Part shown: positions 1-10,371 of the stretch, piece after piece
Layout: every line of letters begins with the position of its first letter
Position numbering within the stretch: position 1 is the stretch's first letter
Sequence record: MH159197.1
DNA from: Staphylococcus phage VB_SavM_JYL01
Length of the DNA stretch: 64,000 nucleotides
Direction: 5' to 3' (one strand)
Notes under the pieces: model-generated
What the model was told of the DNA's origin: nothing
Seen by the model: the letters and a program-made list of their open reading frames with translations, nothing else
The model's database searches: none
Program-made: the position numbers and the translations under genes

Positions 1-1974
1 AAAAAATACATTCAGTTAGGTCTTTCACCTGAAATTGTAAACATGAATTTAGTTATGAACAACGATGAATTTATTAGTATTGCAGAGCAATCACCTGAAT
101 ATATGGGATTATCTGATTACGCTAAATCTTACACACTGAATACTGCAATTGATTTAATTAACAAGTATAGAGATGTAAAAGATGTAATTAATGATATTGA
201 TGGAGGTAACTTTAACTATGATTGGTTCCCTATTGAGTTAATGCACCCGTACGCATCAGGAGACACTGATGTATGTAGAAGAATTCATTGTGATGTTGTT
301 AAGAAACTTAAAGAGCAAGATAGACCTAAGTCAATGCATTTATTAGAAGTTAATTACCCAAGACTTACTAAATCATTAGCTAGAATTGAATCAAATGGTT
401 TATACTGTGATTTAGATTACATGAAAGAAAATGATGAGTCATACGAATCTGAGATGGCTAAGAACCACGCTACTATGAGAGAACATTGGGCTGTTAAAGA
501 ATTTGAAGAGTATCAATATAACCTTTACCAAATGGCGTTAGAAGAGCATGAGAAAAAGCCAAAAGATAGAGACAAAGAGATTCATCAGTATAGAGATAAG
601 TTTAAAGATGGTAAATGGATGTTTTCTCCTAGCTCAGGAGACCATAAAGGTAGAGTAATTTATGATATTTTAGGAATTCAGTTACCTTATGATAAAGAGT
701 ATGTTAAAGAAAAACCATTTAACGCTAATGTTAAAGAAGCAGACCTTACTTGGCAGGATTATAAAACAGATAAGAAAGCTATTGGTTATGCATTAGATAA
801 CTTAGAATTAAAAGATGATGTTAAAGAACTTCTTGAATTACTTAAATATCATGCTAGTATGCAGACAAAACGTAACTCATTTACTAAGAAATTACCTAAT
901 ATGATTAATAAACAAAAACGAACATTACATGGTTCTTTTTCTGAGACAGGTACAGAGACATCAAGATTAAGTAGTAGTAATCCTAACTTACAAAACTTAC
1001 CTGCTCATACATCAGATGTAAACAAGTTTGATTATAAACATCCAATTAAACGTTCATTTGTTTCTAGATTTGAAAATGGAGTACTACTAGGAGCCGACTA
1101 TAGTGCCCTAGAGATGCGTATTATTGGATTATTTACTAAAGACCCTGATATGCTACAATCATTCTTAAATGGTGAGGATATTCATAAGGCTACGGCAAGT
1201 ATTGTTTATAATAAACCAGTAGAAGAAGTAACTAAAGAAGAGAGACAAGCAACTAAAGCAGTTAACTTTGGGCTAGCCTTTGGAGAATCACCATTCTCAT
1301 TTGCAGGTAAAAATAATATGGAAGTAAGTGAAGCAGAAGAAATATTTGAAAAGTACTTCCAAACAAAACCTAGTGTAAAAACTTCTATTGACAATGTACA
1401 TGAATTTGTGCAACAATATGGTTATGTTGATACAATGCACGGTCATAGAAGATTTATACGTTCAGCACAATCAACAGATAAAAAGATAAAAAATGAAGGT
1501 CTAAGACAATCATTTAATACTATTATCCAGGGTTCAGGTAGTTTCCTAACAAATATGTCTTTAACTTACTTAGATGATTTTATTCAGTCTCGTAACTTGA
1601 AATCAAAAGTTATTGCTACAGTACACGATAGTATCTTAATTGATTGCCCTCCTGAAGAGGCTAAGATTATGGCTAAAGTGACAATTCATATTATGGAGAA
1701 TTTACCGTTTGATTTCTTAAAAGCAGAAATTGACGGGAAAGAAGTACAATACCCAATAGAAGCTGATATGGAAATTGGTTTAAATTATAATGATATGGTT
1801 GAATACGATGAAGAAGAAATTGATACATTTAATTCTTACCAAGGTTATATTAAGTACATGATGAATTTACAGACTTTAGAAGATTATAAAGAGTCAGGTA
1901 AATTAACTGATGAACAATTTGAAAAAGCTACTAATGTTGTTAAAAGTGAAAAACATATCTATCAAGAAATTTAA
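1..1974 (+). CDS. DNA polymerase, family A (Pol I-like), C-terminal polymerase domain; 5' end truncated by window
   Basis: The reading frame is open from base 1, and the first in-frame ATG is at 43. PolA motifs are present: DYSALEMRI (motif A), RQATKAVNFGLAFG (motif B) and VHDS (motif C). Confidence 0.85.
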   Translation, partial: KKYIQLGLSPEIVNMNLVMNNDEFISIAEQSPEYMGLSDYAKSYTLNTAIDLINKYRDVKDVINDIDGGNFNYDWFPIELMHPYASGDTDVCRRIHCDVVKKLKEQDRPKSMHLLEVNYPRLTKSLARIESNGLYCDLDYMKENDESYESEMAKNHATMREHWAVKEFEEYQYNLYQMALEEHEKKPKDRDKEIHQYRDKFKDGKWMFSPSSGDHKGRVIYDILGIQLPYDKEYVKEKPFNANVKEADLTWQDYKTDKKAIGYALDNLELKDDVKELLELLKYHASMQTKRNSFTKKLPNMINKQKRTLHGSFSETGTETSRLSSSNPNLQNLPAHTSDVNKFDYKHPIKRSFVSRFENGVLLGADYSALEMRIIGLFTKDPDMLQSFLNGEDIHKATASIVYNKPVEEVTKEERQATKAVNFGLAFGESPFSFAGKNNMEVSEAEEIFEKYFQTKPSVKTSIDNVHEFVQQYGYVDTMHGHRRFIRSAQSTDKKIKNEGLRQSFNTIIQGSGSFLTNMSLTYLDDFIQSRNLKSKVIATVHDSILIDCPPEEAKIMAKVTIHIMENLPFDFLKAEIDGKEVQYPIEADMEIGLNYNDMVEYDEEEIDTFNSYQGYIKYMMNLQTLEDYKESGKLTDEQFEKATNVVKSEKHIYQEI

Positions 1975-1982
1975 TAAAAGTA

Positions 1983-2011
1983 TTGACAATATGTTTCACT
2001 TATGTTATACT
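1983..2011 (+). promoter_or_regulatory. sigma-A-type promoter TTGACA-17-TATACT
   Basis: ttgacaatatgtttcacttatgttatact precedes an SD taaggagg. Confidence 0.5.
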
Positions 2012-2043
2012 ATATAGGTAATAAGTATAAGGAGGAAAAAAGA

Positions 2044-2286
2044 GTGAATACAGGAGAGATTAGATTTAATCGTTCTATGGATGAATGGATTATAACAAGT
2101 ATGTACCAGGATGAATTAGGTGAAATGAATATTGTTGTTACATTCTATAATAGAGAAGAAAATAAACATGGCTCTACCGTTTTACCAACAGAGTCATCTA
2201 CTGGAGAAGTAACAGAAGAATTAGCAAGTCTTGAAGAAGAATATCCTTTAGCTTTACCGTTAAGTAGTATTTCAGTTAATATTTAA
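2044..2286 (+). CDS. hypothetical protein (start probably GTG 2044; the track ORF start at 2002 lies inside the promoter)
   Basis: An SD taaggagg at 2026 sits 10 nt before an in-frame GTG, and the -10 box at 2006-2011 overlaps the annotated ATG at 2002. Confidence 0.45.
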   Translation: MNTGEIRFNRSMDEWIITSMYQDELGEMNIVVTFYNREENKHGSTVLPTESSTGEVTEELASLEEEYPLALPLSSISVNI

Positions 2287-2302
2287 AAGGAGGAACTGAT
2301 AA

Positions 2303-2785
2303 ATGGAGATACACATTGATTCCCTAGATTTTACAAATTTTACTATTAAAGATAGAAATGGGAACTCACAAGAGTTTGATATTACAGATGAATTAAAGAT
2401 TACAGAATATACAATACAAGAAGATTTTATGCAACAATCAGCTAAGTACGCTTTTTGGGCTTCTATATTAGAGAAGGTCAGAGCATATTCTGAAATGGAG
2501 CAAAGAAATTTAGAAACAATTGGTAGTAAGCTTAATCTCACAATTAGACAAGAGTATGAACAACAAGGTAAAAAGCCTACTAAAGATATGATTGAGTCTA
2601 GTGTGTATATTCATGATTCCTATCAACAACAACTTAAAGTTGTTGAGGCTTGGAATTATAAAGTTAAACAACTTCAATATGTTGTAAAAGCTTTTGAAAC
2701 AAGAAGAGATATGATGATTCAATTAGGTGCAGAGTTACGACAAACAAATAAAAATGGTGGAATTACTAACCCATTTTCACATTAA
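2303..2785 (+). CDS. hypothetical protein
   Basis: 160-aa ORF with an SD aaaggagg 8 nt upstream. Confidence 0.6.
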   Translation: MEIHIDSLDFTNFTIKDRNGNSQEFDITDELKITEYTIQEDFMQQSAKYAFWASILEKVRAYSEMEQRNLETIGSKLNLTIRQEYEQQGKKPTKDMIESSVYIHDSYQQQLKVVEAWNYKVKQLQYVVKAFETRRDMMIQLGAELRQTNKNGGITNPFSH

Positions 2786-2806
2786 AAAAGAAAGTAAAGA
2801 ATATAA

Positions 2807-2834
2807 TTGACAAATATAAAAAACTATGTTATAA
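2807..2834 (+). promoter_or_regulatory. sigma-A-type promoter TTGACA-16-TGtTATAAT (extended -10)
   Basis: ttgacaaatataaaaaactatgttataat. Confidence 0.5.
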
Positions 2835-2871
2835 TAAATAAGTAAATTAATTAAAAGGAGAAAAGATAATT

Positions 2872-4143
2872 ATGGATTTCAATCAATTTATTAACAATGA
2901 GGCAAGCAAATTAGAAAGTAATAACAGTTCTTTTAACAACAATGTAGAGAGCTATAAACCTAAAAACCCTGTATTACGATTAGGTAATATTAAAGATGCA
3001 AATGGAAATAAAGTTACTAAAGAAAATGCTTTTGTACGAGTATTACCTCCTGCACAAGGAACAAATGTTTTCTTTAAAGAATTTAGAACAACAGGTATTA
3101 ACTACTCTAAGAAAGATGGTTCTCAAGGATTCACAGGACTAACATTACCTGCAGAACCAGGTTCATCTGTCCTTGACCCTTACATTCAGGACTGGATAAC
3201 AAATGGCGTTCAATTTAGTAGATTCCCTAATAAACCTGGAGTACGTTATTACATTCATGTTATTGAATACTTTAATAATAACGGACAAATTCAACCTAAA
3301 ACAGATGAGCAAGGAAATGTAATGATTCAACCTATGGAGTTATCAAACACAGGATATAAAGAATTGGTAGCAAACCTTAAGGATACTATGTTAAAACCGT
3401 CACCTAATGCACCTCATAGTTTTATTTCAGCAAATGAAGCATTCTTAGTTAATATTGCTAAAGCTAAAAAAGGTGAAATGTCATGGAAAGTAAGTGTTTA
3501 TCCTAATGCTCCTTTAGGTGCATTACCTCAAGGATGGGAACAACAATTATCAGACTTAGAACAATTAGCAAAACCAACAGAAGAACAAAACCCTAACTTT
3601 GTTAACTTCTTAATCAATAACGTTAATAACACAGAGTTAAGTCATGATAACTTTAAATTTAACCGTGAGTCTAATGTATTAGGTGAAGAACCTTCAGAAC
3701 CTAAACAAGCTCCTACTCAACAAGATATTGATAGTCAGATGCCAAGTAATATTGGAGGTCAACCTAACCAACCACAACAAGGTCAAGTAGGTCAGTATAC
3801 TCAACAAGGTCAAAATAATGGTCAAGGACAGCAGTTACAAGGTAACCAACAGCCAATTAGTAATACTCAATTTGGTCAAGGAACACCTTCAGGACAACAA
3901 CCTAATAATACAGGTTCAGTTGATTGGGATAACTTAGCTCAACAACAATCACAACCGGATTCAAATCCTTTTAATGACTTTGATGTAAACAGTGTTGATG
4001 ATTCACAAGTACCTTTTGAGACACAACCTCAAAACACACAACAAGCACCTGAACCACAACAAACTACTCAGGAGCCTCCAAAACAAAAACAAACACAAAG
4101 TATTGACGATGTATTAGGTGGTCTAGACTTAGATAACCTATAA
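2872..4143 (+). CDS. hypothetical protein with a Q/N/P-rich low-complexity C-terminal half and an acidic C-terminal tip
   Basis: 423-aa ORF with an SD aaaggag. The C-terminal half has QGQ repeats and the protein ends ...DDVLGGLDLDNL. Confidence 0.65.
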   Translation: MDFNQFINNEASKLESNNSSFNNNVESYKPKNPVLRLGNIKDANGNKVTKENAFVRVLPPAQGTNVFFKEFRTTGINYSKKDGSQGFTGLTLPAEPGSSVLDPYIQDWITNGVQFSRFPNKPGVRYYIHVIEYFNNNGQIQPKTDEQGNVMIQPMELSNTGYKELVANLKDTMLKPSPNAPHSFISANEAFLVNIAKAKKGEMSWKVSVYPNAPLGALPQGWEQQLSDLEQLAKPTEEQNPNFVNFLINNVNNTELSHDNFKFNRESNVLGEEPSEPKQAPTQQDIDSQMPSNIGGQPNQPQQGQVGQYTQQGQNNGQGQQLQGNQQPISNTQFGQGTPSGQQPNNTGSVDWDNLAQQQSQPDSNPFNDFDVNSVDDSQVPFETQPQNTQQAPEPQQTTQEPPKQKQTQSIDDVLGGLDLDNL

Positions 4144-4202
4144 GATATAGAGTGCCTTAGAGCACTCTTTTATTTGAGATATAATTACTAGGAGGATATT
4201 AA

Positions 4203-5459
4203 ATGGCAAGAGCAAAAAAAGGTAAAGAAGTAGATTTAACAGATTTAAATACAATTGATTTAGGTAAAGAATTAGGATTAACATTATTATCAGATACAAA
4301 TAGAGCAGATATTAAGAATGTTATACCTACAATGGTACCTCAGTATGACTATATTTTAGGTGGAGGTATACCGTTAGGTAGATTAACAGAGGTTTATGGT
4401 TTAACTGGTAGTGGTAAATCAACATTTGCAGTTCATTTGTCTAGGATTGCAACACAATTAGGTGTTATTACCATTTGGATTGATATTGAAGGAACAGCAG
4501 ACAATAATCGTATGGAACAACTTGGAGTAGATGTTTCAAAATTATTCTCTATTCAATCAGGAGAAGGTAGACTTAAAAATACAGTAGAATTATCTGTAGA
4601 GGCTGTAGGTAAAGAATTAGAGTACTGGATTGACACATTTAATGAAAAGATACCTGGAGTACCTATTGTGTTTATTTGGGACTCACTAGGAGCTACACGA
4701 ACTCAGAAAGAGATTGACGGCGGTATTGATGAGAAACAAATGGGTCTTAAAGCATCAGCTACTCAAAAAGTAATTAATGCAGTAACACCTAAATTAAATG
4801 ATACAAATACAGGGTTAATTGTTATTAATCAAGCACGTGACGATATGAATGCAGGTATGTATGGTGACCCTATTAAGTCTACAGGTGGTAGAGCATTTGA
4901 ACATAGTGCTAGTTTACGTATTAAGGTTCATAAAGCATCACAATTAAAACAAAAAAGTGAATTAACTGGTAAAGATGAATATCATGGTCATATCATGCGT
5001 ATTGAAACTAAGAAATCTAAATTATCGAGACCGGGACAAAAAGCAGAAGCAGACTTACTATCTGATTATATGGTAGGTAAAGAAGATGACCCTATATTAT
5101 TAAATGGTATTGACTTAGAACATACTGTATATAAAGAAGCAGTTGAAAGAGGTTTAATTACTAAAGGTGCATGGAGAAACTATGTTACATTGAATGGTGA
5201 AGAGATTAAACTTAGAGATGCTGAATGGGTTCCTGTATTAAAAGATAATAGAGAGTTATATTTAGAATTATTCAGTAGAGTATATGGAGAGCATTTCCCT
5301 AACGGTTACTCACCATTGCTTAATAATAAAGTAATTGTAACTCAACTAGAAGAGTATCAAGCTCTTGAAAATTACTATAAAGAATGGGCTACAGATAATA
5401 AACAAAAGGAACAAGAGGAAGAACTAAAAGGAGAATCTCAAGAAAAGGATTCTGAATAA
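4203..5459 (+). CDS. RecA/UvsX-like recombinase (repair recombinase)
   Basis: Walker A GLTGSGKST and Walker B IVFIWDSLGA are present in a RecA-like core. The SD is ctaggagg. Confidence 0.9.
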   Translation: MARAKKGKEVDLTDLNTIDLGKELGLTLLSDTNRADIKNVIPTMVPQYDYILGGGIPLGRLTEVYGLTGSGKSTFAVHLSRIATQLGVITIWIDIEGTADNNRMEQLGVDVSKLFSIQSGEGRLKNTVELSVEAVGKELEYWIDTFNEKIPGVPIVFIWDSLGATRTQKEIDGGIDEKQMGLKASATQKVINAVTPKLNDTNTGLIVINQARDDMNAGMYGDPIKSTGGRAFEHSASLRIKVHKASQLKQKSELTGKDEYHGHIMRIETKKSKLSRPGQKAEADLLSDYMVGKEDDPILLNGIDLEHTVYKEAVERGLITKGAWRNYVTLNGEEIKLRDAEWVPVLKDNRELYLELFSRVYGEHFPNGYSPLLNNKVIVTQLEEYQALENYYKEWATDNKQKEQEEELKGESQEKDSE

Positions 5460-5462
5460 TAA

Positions 5463-5816
5463 ATGGATAATTTAATAGATAAAAACATGAATCAGGTAAA
5501 AGAATCTTTGGGGAATGCAAATTCCTCAGATGTTCTTCCTTTACCTTATAAAGATATAGCAAAGAAATTTGAAGAAGTAAAAGAAAAAGGTGAATCAATT
5601 ATCATTGAAGAAGGTGGATTCCCTTACACAGATTCTACAGTGATGTATATAGAACATGTAACAGATAGATGGGCAGGAGGATACTCCTTAATTAGACATG
5701 AAGGTGAAGAGGTTAAAGTGCCTAAAACTATCCATTTCTCTGATATATATGTTAAGGATAAGTCACATAAAGTAAGAATAATCTTCGAGGGGGCTAATCC
5801 TTATGAAGAAAGCTAA
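5463..5816 (+). CDS. hypothetical protein
   Basis: 117-aa ORF immediately downstream of the recombinase gene. Confidence 0.5.
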   Translation: MDNLIDKNMNQVKESLGNANSSDVLPLPYKDIAKKFEEVKEKGESIIIEEGGFPYTDSTVMYIEHVTDRWAGGYSLIRHEGEEVKVPKTIHFSDIYVKDKSHKVRIIFEGANPYEES

Positions 5817-6465
5817 CAATGGTAATAGATATGTAATAGATATAGATGGTATTCCTGTTGATTTTGAAAGAGACTTGGATAGTTTACTTAACAGGTATAA
5901 AAACCTTAGATGGTCGTTGTATCATAGATATGCAGGTATATTATCTAATGACTTTGAAAGACAAGAATTAAGAGAATATATTGATGAGCAATTTATTAAA
6001 CTAGTTAAAGAATATAATATTAGAAGTAAAGTAGATTTTCCAGGGTATATTAAAGCTAAATTAACTTTGAGAGTTCAAAATAGTTATGTTAAAAAGAATG
6101 AAAAGTATAAACGTACTGAAATTATCGGTAAAAAAGATTATACGGTAGAGTCCTTAACAGAAGATTTAAATGAGGACTTTGAGGATAATCAAATTATGAG
6201 TTATGTATTTGATGATATAGAATTTACAGAAGTTCAAAGTGAGCTACTTAAAGAATTACTTATTAATCCTGAAAGAGAAGATGATGCCTTTATAGTTTCT
6301 CAAGTAGCGGAGAAGTTTGATATGAAAAGAAAAGAAGTAGCAAGTGAATTGACAGAATTAAGAGATTATGTTAGATTTAAAATAAATGCATATCATGAGT
6401 ACTACGCAAAGAAAGAATTAAATAATCATAGAGTTAATACTGAAAATCATATTTGGGAAAACTAG
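5803..6465 (+). CDS. sigma-70-family RNA polymerase sigma factor-like protein
   Basis: A region-2-like stretch (EYIDEQFIKLVKEYNIRSKVDFPGYIKAKLTLRVQNSYVKK) and a C-terminal HTH-like region-4 stretch are present. The SD is gaggggg. Confidence 0.6.
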   Translation: MKKANNGNRYVIDIDGIPVDFERDLDSLLNRYKNLRWSLYHRYAGILSNDFERQELREYIDEQFIKLVKEYNIRSKVDFPGYIKAKLTLRVQNSYVKKNEKYKRTEIIGKKDYTVESLTEDLNEDFEDNQIMSYVFDDIEFTEVQSELLKELLINPEREDDAFIVSQVAEKFDMKRKEVASELTELRDYVRFKINAYHEYYAKKELNNHRVNTENHIWEN

Positions 6466-6592
6466 TTACAGTGCCTTCCTTGTGTTATATTATTATCGAG
6501 AATTCAATAATAAAGCATAGGGAAGGCTTTTTTCTATGTCTTATAGAATGCTTTAAAATAGATTACTAAAATAAAGATTGGAGATTAAGCTT

Positions 6593-7225
6593 ATGGCTAA
6601 AAAGAATGTTAATGATGTATTACAACAAGAATCTGTTACAGTAGCAGATAAGTATTTACAAGTTAAAGTTAACCGTGACGGTTATACTCGTACACACGAA
6701 GGACAATATGCGTACAAAGTAGTTTCAGAGGGAGAAGAGTTATTCTTATACCCAGTACAAACAGATGGTAAAGGTACATTAAATGTAATGAAGAAATCAC
6801 CTATTGCTTACACTGATGGAGACAATATCCATTTTGTAGTAAATACAGTAGTAGACCCTTATAATCACTCATTTATCCGTACTGAAGATATTAAAGGATT
6901 AGATAAAGGTAAACAACTTATTCAAGCTTTCTTAGCTTTCGTTGAAGACCGTTTCAAATTTGGTGTTTATAACGTATTTGTTGCAAATAACAAAGAAGAT
7001 GTATTATCTATCGTAGACCCTGCAGATAATGATGCAGATGAAGTTAAAGATAGTTTAGAGCATGCACATGAAGATGTAATTGCGGATTTCCCTGCTAGCC
7101 CTGCTCGTAAGGACGTTAAAGGCGTAGATTCAGGAGAAGGTCAAGGAGACACTTCAGAACCATCAGCACCTAAGAACGTTCAAGTTACTCCTAAGGAAGA
7201 CGGAGCAGACGTATCAGCAGAATAA
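6593..7225 (+). CDS. hypothetical protein with an acidic C-terminal region (start MAKKNVN...)
   Basis: ORF with an SD ggag about 20 nt upstream. The acidic tail reads DPADNDADEV. Confidence 0.6.
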   Translation: MAKKNVNDVLQQESVTVADKYLQVKVNRDGYTRTHEGQYAYKVVSEGEELFLYPVQTDGKGTLNVMKKSPIAYTDGDNIHFVVNTVVDPYNHSFIRTEDIKGLDKGKQLIQAFLAFVEDRFKFGVYNVFVANNKEDVLSIVDPADNDADEVKDSLEHAHEDVIADFPASPARKDVKGVDSGEGQGDTSEPSAPKNVQVTPKEDGADVSAE

Positions 7226-7246
7226 TATAGATAAAGGATGGTAAAT

Positions 7247-7759
7247 TTGGCTAAGTTAAATTTATACAAAGGTAATGAGTTACTAAACAGCGTAGAGAAA
7301 ACAGAAGGAAAATCAACAATCACGATTGAGAATTTAGATGCTAACACAGATTACCCTAAAGGTACTTTTAAAGTATCATTCTCAAATGATTCAGGAGAAT
7401 CAGAGAAGGTCGATGTCCCTCAGTTTAAGACAAAAGCAATTAAAGTTATTTCAGTTACCCTTGACGTTGATAGTTTAGACCTTACAGTTGGAGATACTCA
7501 CCAACTATCAACAACTATCACGCCTAGTGAAGCATCTAACAAAAATGTGTCATTTGAATCAGACAAATCAGGTGTTGCTAGTGTAACATCAGAAGGATTA
7601 ATTGAAGCAGTTAGTGCAGGAACAGCTAATATTACTGTAACTACTGAGGATGGTAGTCATACTGATATTGTTGCGGTAACAGTTAAGGAACCTATTCCTG
7701 AAGCACCTACAGATGTAACAGTTGAACCTGGTGAAAATAGCGCAGATATTACTGCATAG
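7247..7759 (+). CDS. bacterial Ig-like (Big_2) domain protein; probable TTG start
   Basis: The C-terminal Big_2-like segment is ISVTLDVDSLDLTVGDTHQLSTTITPSEASNKNVSFESDKSGVASVTSEGLIEAVSAGTANITVT. Its N-terminus aligns with the 7774 and 50590(-) proteins when started at TTG 7247, 8 nt after the SD aaagga. Confidence 0.6.
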   Translation: MAKLNLYKGNELLNSVEKTEGKSTITIENLDANTDYPKGTFKVSFSNDSGESEKVDVPQFKTKAIKVISVTLDVDSLDLTVGDTHQLSTTITPSEASNKNVSFESDKSGVASVTSEGLIEAVSAGTANITVTTEDGSHTDIVAVTVKEPIPEAPTDVTVEPGENSADITA

Positions 7760-7773
7760 GAGGACAATAAAGA

Positions 7774-8001
7774 ATGGAAAAGACATTAAAAGTTTATAGT
7801 AATGGTGAAGTTGTAGGCTCTCAAGTAGCTAATAACGATGGAGCTACTACAGTATCTATTACAGGCTTAGAAGCCGGAAAAACTTATGCTAAGGGAGCTT
7901 TTAAAGTAGCATTTGCTAATGATTCAGGTGAATCAGAAAAAGTAGATGTTCCTGAATTTACAACTAAAACTCCTGCTGAAGAACCTTCAGAAGAAGCATA
8001 A
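7774..8001 (+). CDS. hypothetical protein; N-domain paralogous to 7247..7759 and 50590..52458(-)
   Basis: The shared motif is KGxFKVxFxNDSGESEKVDVPxFxTK. The SD is ataggagg. Confidence 0.6.
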   Translation: MEKTLKVYSNGEVVGSQVANNDGATTVSITGLEAGKTYAKGAFKVAFANDSGESEKVDVPEFTTKTPAEEPSEEA

Positions 8002-8007
8002 TAATTA

Positions 8008-8036
8008 AGACCAACTAAAAAGTTGGTCTTTTTTTA
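8008..8036 (+). terminator. rho-independent terminator
   Basis: agaccaact-aaaa-agttggtct followed by a T7 run. Confidence 0.7.
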
Positions 8037-8065
8037 TTGACAATTTATAATATCTATGATACACT
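8037..8065 (+). promoter_or_regulatory. sigma-A-type promoter TTGACA-17-TACACT directly abutting the terminator
   Basis: ttgacaatttataatatctatgatacact. Confidence 0.45.
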
Positions 8066-8095
8066 ATATAAGAATTAAGAAAAGGAGGGAAAGTA

Positions 8096-8356
8096 ATGGA
8101 TATTCCAACAATATTATTTAGAAATCCATATGATTACACAAAAGTAAAAAAATTAATGGAAAACAAAGAACAGTACATTGTAGTAAAATTTGATTCAGTT
8201 TCTGTTCATAATTTAAATGTTCAAGGTATGATGAATGTTATTCAAGATTACCTGCACATCTATGGTTACAGAGTCAAAGAATACGGACAAGAAAATGCTT
8301 CTAAAGATGATGAAAGAGACGTTAAAGGTTACTTATACGAAAGAGTAGGTGAGTAA
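8096..8356 (+). CDS. hypothetical protein
   Basis: 86-aa ORF with an SD aaaaggaggg. Confidence 0.55.
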   Translation: MDIPTILFRNPYDYTKVKKLMENKEQYIVVKFDSVSVHNLNVQGMMNVIQDYLHIYGYRVKEYGQENASKDDERDVKGYLYERVGE

Positions 8357-8359
8357 GGT

Positions 8360-9115
8360 ATGGGTGTTATAATAAATTCTAACCATATTCAGTCAGATAC
8401 TTTATATGAGTACGATAGTTTTTTTGATATTGAGAAAGTAGATACGTTTGAAGAAGGATTACTATCAATACAGGATGAACCAACTGTTTTAGCAGGATTT
8501 ATCTATGATGATATTACATTTAATAAGGTTATTAACTCTAATTCAAATATTGATAACAATATTAAGAATAATGATATTTATTATGTTTCTGATATAGGGT
8601 TACTTCCGGATACTTTTATCACTGTTGATTCTAATAAAAAATACTATTCATTATTACAGCAGATAGTTGAGTTAAGTAAAGACCCTTTCCCTAAATGGGT
8701 AGAAACGGATGCAAAAGATTTAACTAGGTATTATAACTTTCAAGATTTTGAAGATGTATTCGATTTAAATAGTTTTTATAAAAAAGAAGTTGACATGGTA
8801 AGAGAAAAGTGCTATAATAATGGTAATGTATATTTATTATATGAAGTCTTGCCTGATTATAAATTACCTCTAGCTTATAGTTTACTTTCAAATAAAGAGC
8901 ATGGTATTGTTATTATCGGTTCACAGACACGTTCTAATAATGATATACTGACTTTTTACGTTAAAGGTATGGATGCTAAGGCAATAGCTAGCATGTTTAA
9001 TGTAGAACATGATTATGATTCTAATATTTTTCATACATTCGTAAATAGTCACATTAATATTTTAGGAAATCAAATAACTAAGTTTATAAGAGAGAAAGGA
9101 AGCAGTTATGAGTAA
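8360..9115 (+). CDS. hypothetical protein
   Basis: 251-aa ORF in the co-directional array. Confidence 0.6.
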   Translation: MGVIINSNHIQSDTLYEYDSFFDIEKVDTFEEGLLSIQDEPTVLAGFIYDDITFNKVINSNSNIDNNIKNNDIYYVSDIGLLPDTFITVDSNKKYYSLLQQIVELSKDPFPKWVETDAKDLTRYYNFQDFEDVFDLNSFYKKEVDMVREKCYNNGNVYLLYEVLPDYKLPLAYSLLSNKEHGIVIIGSQTRSNNDILTFYVKGMDAKAIASMFNVEHDYDSNIFHTFVNSHINILGNQITKFIREKGSSYE

Positions 9116-10358
9116 CTATAAAACAATAGAAGAAGTACAAGCAGTTATTATCGGAGTATTATTTAAAGATGAAGGTAAAATTGTAACATCTAAGTTTAAT
9201 AAAATTACTAAAGAGTTTGGTTTAGATAGAATTGGTAAAGACGACCTTAAAGAAATTGTTGAAGATATTAGACAAGATGCCTATCTAAATGAGCTTAAGA
9301 ATAAAGCAATTAAAGGTAAGGTAACTTTAGGAGACCTTAAAGATGTTGCAGATAATCAAGTATTCGAAGGTAATAACTATCATGAAGAAGTCTCTACTTA
9401 TGTAGTAGCTAAAGAAAAAGAACTATCTCACTTGAGAGAACAACGTAAGCACAACAGACATACCGCATACCCTCAAATTATGTTTGATGAACTTAAAGAA
9501 CATATGGTTAAAGAATTACAAGGGGAAACATTAGTAGAGCATCATGGAAGTAAAGTTAACATTAATGATACAGAGTTAATTGTATTACTATCAGATTTCC
9601 ATATTGGAAGTATTGTATCCGATATGACTAATGGTAAATATGATTTTGAAGTATTGAAGTCAAGACTAAATCACTTTATTGATACGACAGTTAAAGAGAT
9701 TGAGGATAGAGAGATTTCTAATGTAACTGTTTACTTTGTTGGAGACTTAGTAGAACATATTAATATGAGAGACGTTAACCAGGCATTTGAAACAGAGTTT
9801 ACTTTAGCAGAACAAATCTCTAAAGGTACTCGATTACTTATTGATATCTTAAATGTACTATCTAATGTAGTTACAGGAGAATTAAGATTTGGTATTATTG
9901 GTGGTAATCATGACCGTATGCAAGGTAACAAAAATCAGAAGATTTATAATGATAATATTGCTTATGTAGTACTAGACTCTTTATTGCTATTCCAAGAGCA
10001 GGGATTATTAAACGGTATAGATATTATTGATAATCGTGAAGATATTTATACTATTAGGGATAATTTCGGAGGTAAATCTATTATCGTTAACCACGGTGAT
10101 GGATTAAAAGGTAAAGGCAATCATATTAATAAATTTATCTTAGATAGCCATATTGATTTACTAATTACAGGTCACGTACACCATTTCTCAGTAAAACAAG
10201 AAGATTTTAATAGAATGCATATTGTAGCTTCATCTCCGATGGGATATAATAATTATGCTAAAGAGCTACATTTATCAAAAACTAAACCTTCACAGCAATT
10301 ATTATTTGTAAATAAAGAAAATAAAGATATTGATATTAAAACAGTATTTTTAGATTAA
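9108..10358 (+). CDS. calcineurin-like metallophosphoesterase
   Basis: Motifs DFHIGS, GDLVEH, GGNHD and GHVHH are present. The SD is aaaggaag. Confidence 0.75.
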   Translation: MSNYKTIEEVQAVIIGVLFKDEGKIVTSKFNKITKEFGLDRIGKDDLKEIVEDIRQDAYLNELKNKAIKGKVTLGDLKDVADNQVFEGNNYHEEVSTYVVAKEKELSHLREQRKHNRHTAYPQIMFDELKEHMVKELQGETLVEHHGSKVNINDTELIVLLSDFHIGSIVSDMTNGKYDFEVLKSRLNHFIDTTVKEIEDREISNVTVYFVGDLVEHINMRDVNQAFETEFTLAEQISKGTRLLIDILNVLSNVVTGELRFGIIGGNHDRMQGNKNQKIYNDNIAYVVLDSLLLFQEQGLLNGIDIIDNREDIYTIRDNFGGKSIIVNHGDGLKGKGNHINKFILDSHIDLLITGHVHHFSVKQEDFNRMHIVASSPMGYNNYAKELHLSKTKPSQQLLFVNKENKDIDIKTVFLD

Positions 10359-10371
10359 GGATGGTTAATAA

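Noticed and set aside
2002-2043. Annotated ATG start at 2002 for ORF 2002..2286
   Set aside because: The -10 box of a consensus promoter (2006-2011) lies inside it, and the SD is at 2026. Translation more plausibly starts at GTG 2044. Similar start adjustments were made for the ORFs at 6578, 7238, 10667, 14033, 16546, 17046, 18350, 20088, 21359, 34083, 34676, 35718, 36589, 38710, 40071, 41441, 41864, 42383, 43263, 43741, 44105, 44701, 45228 and 59047..60174.
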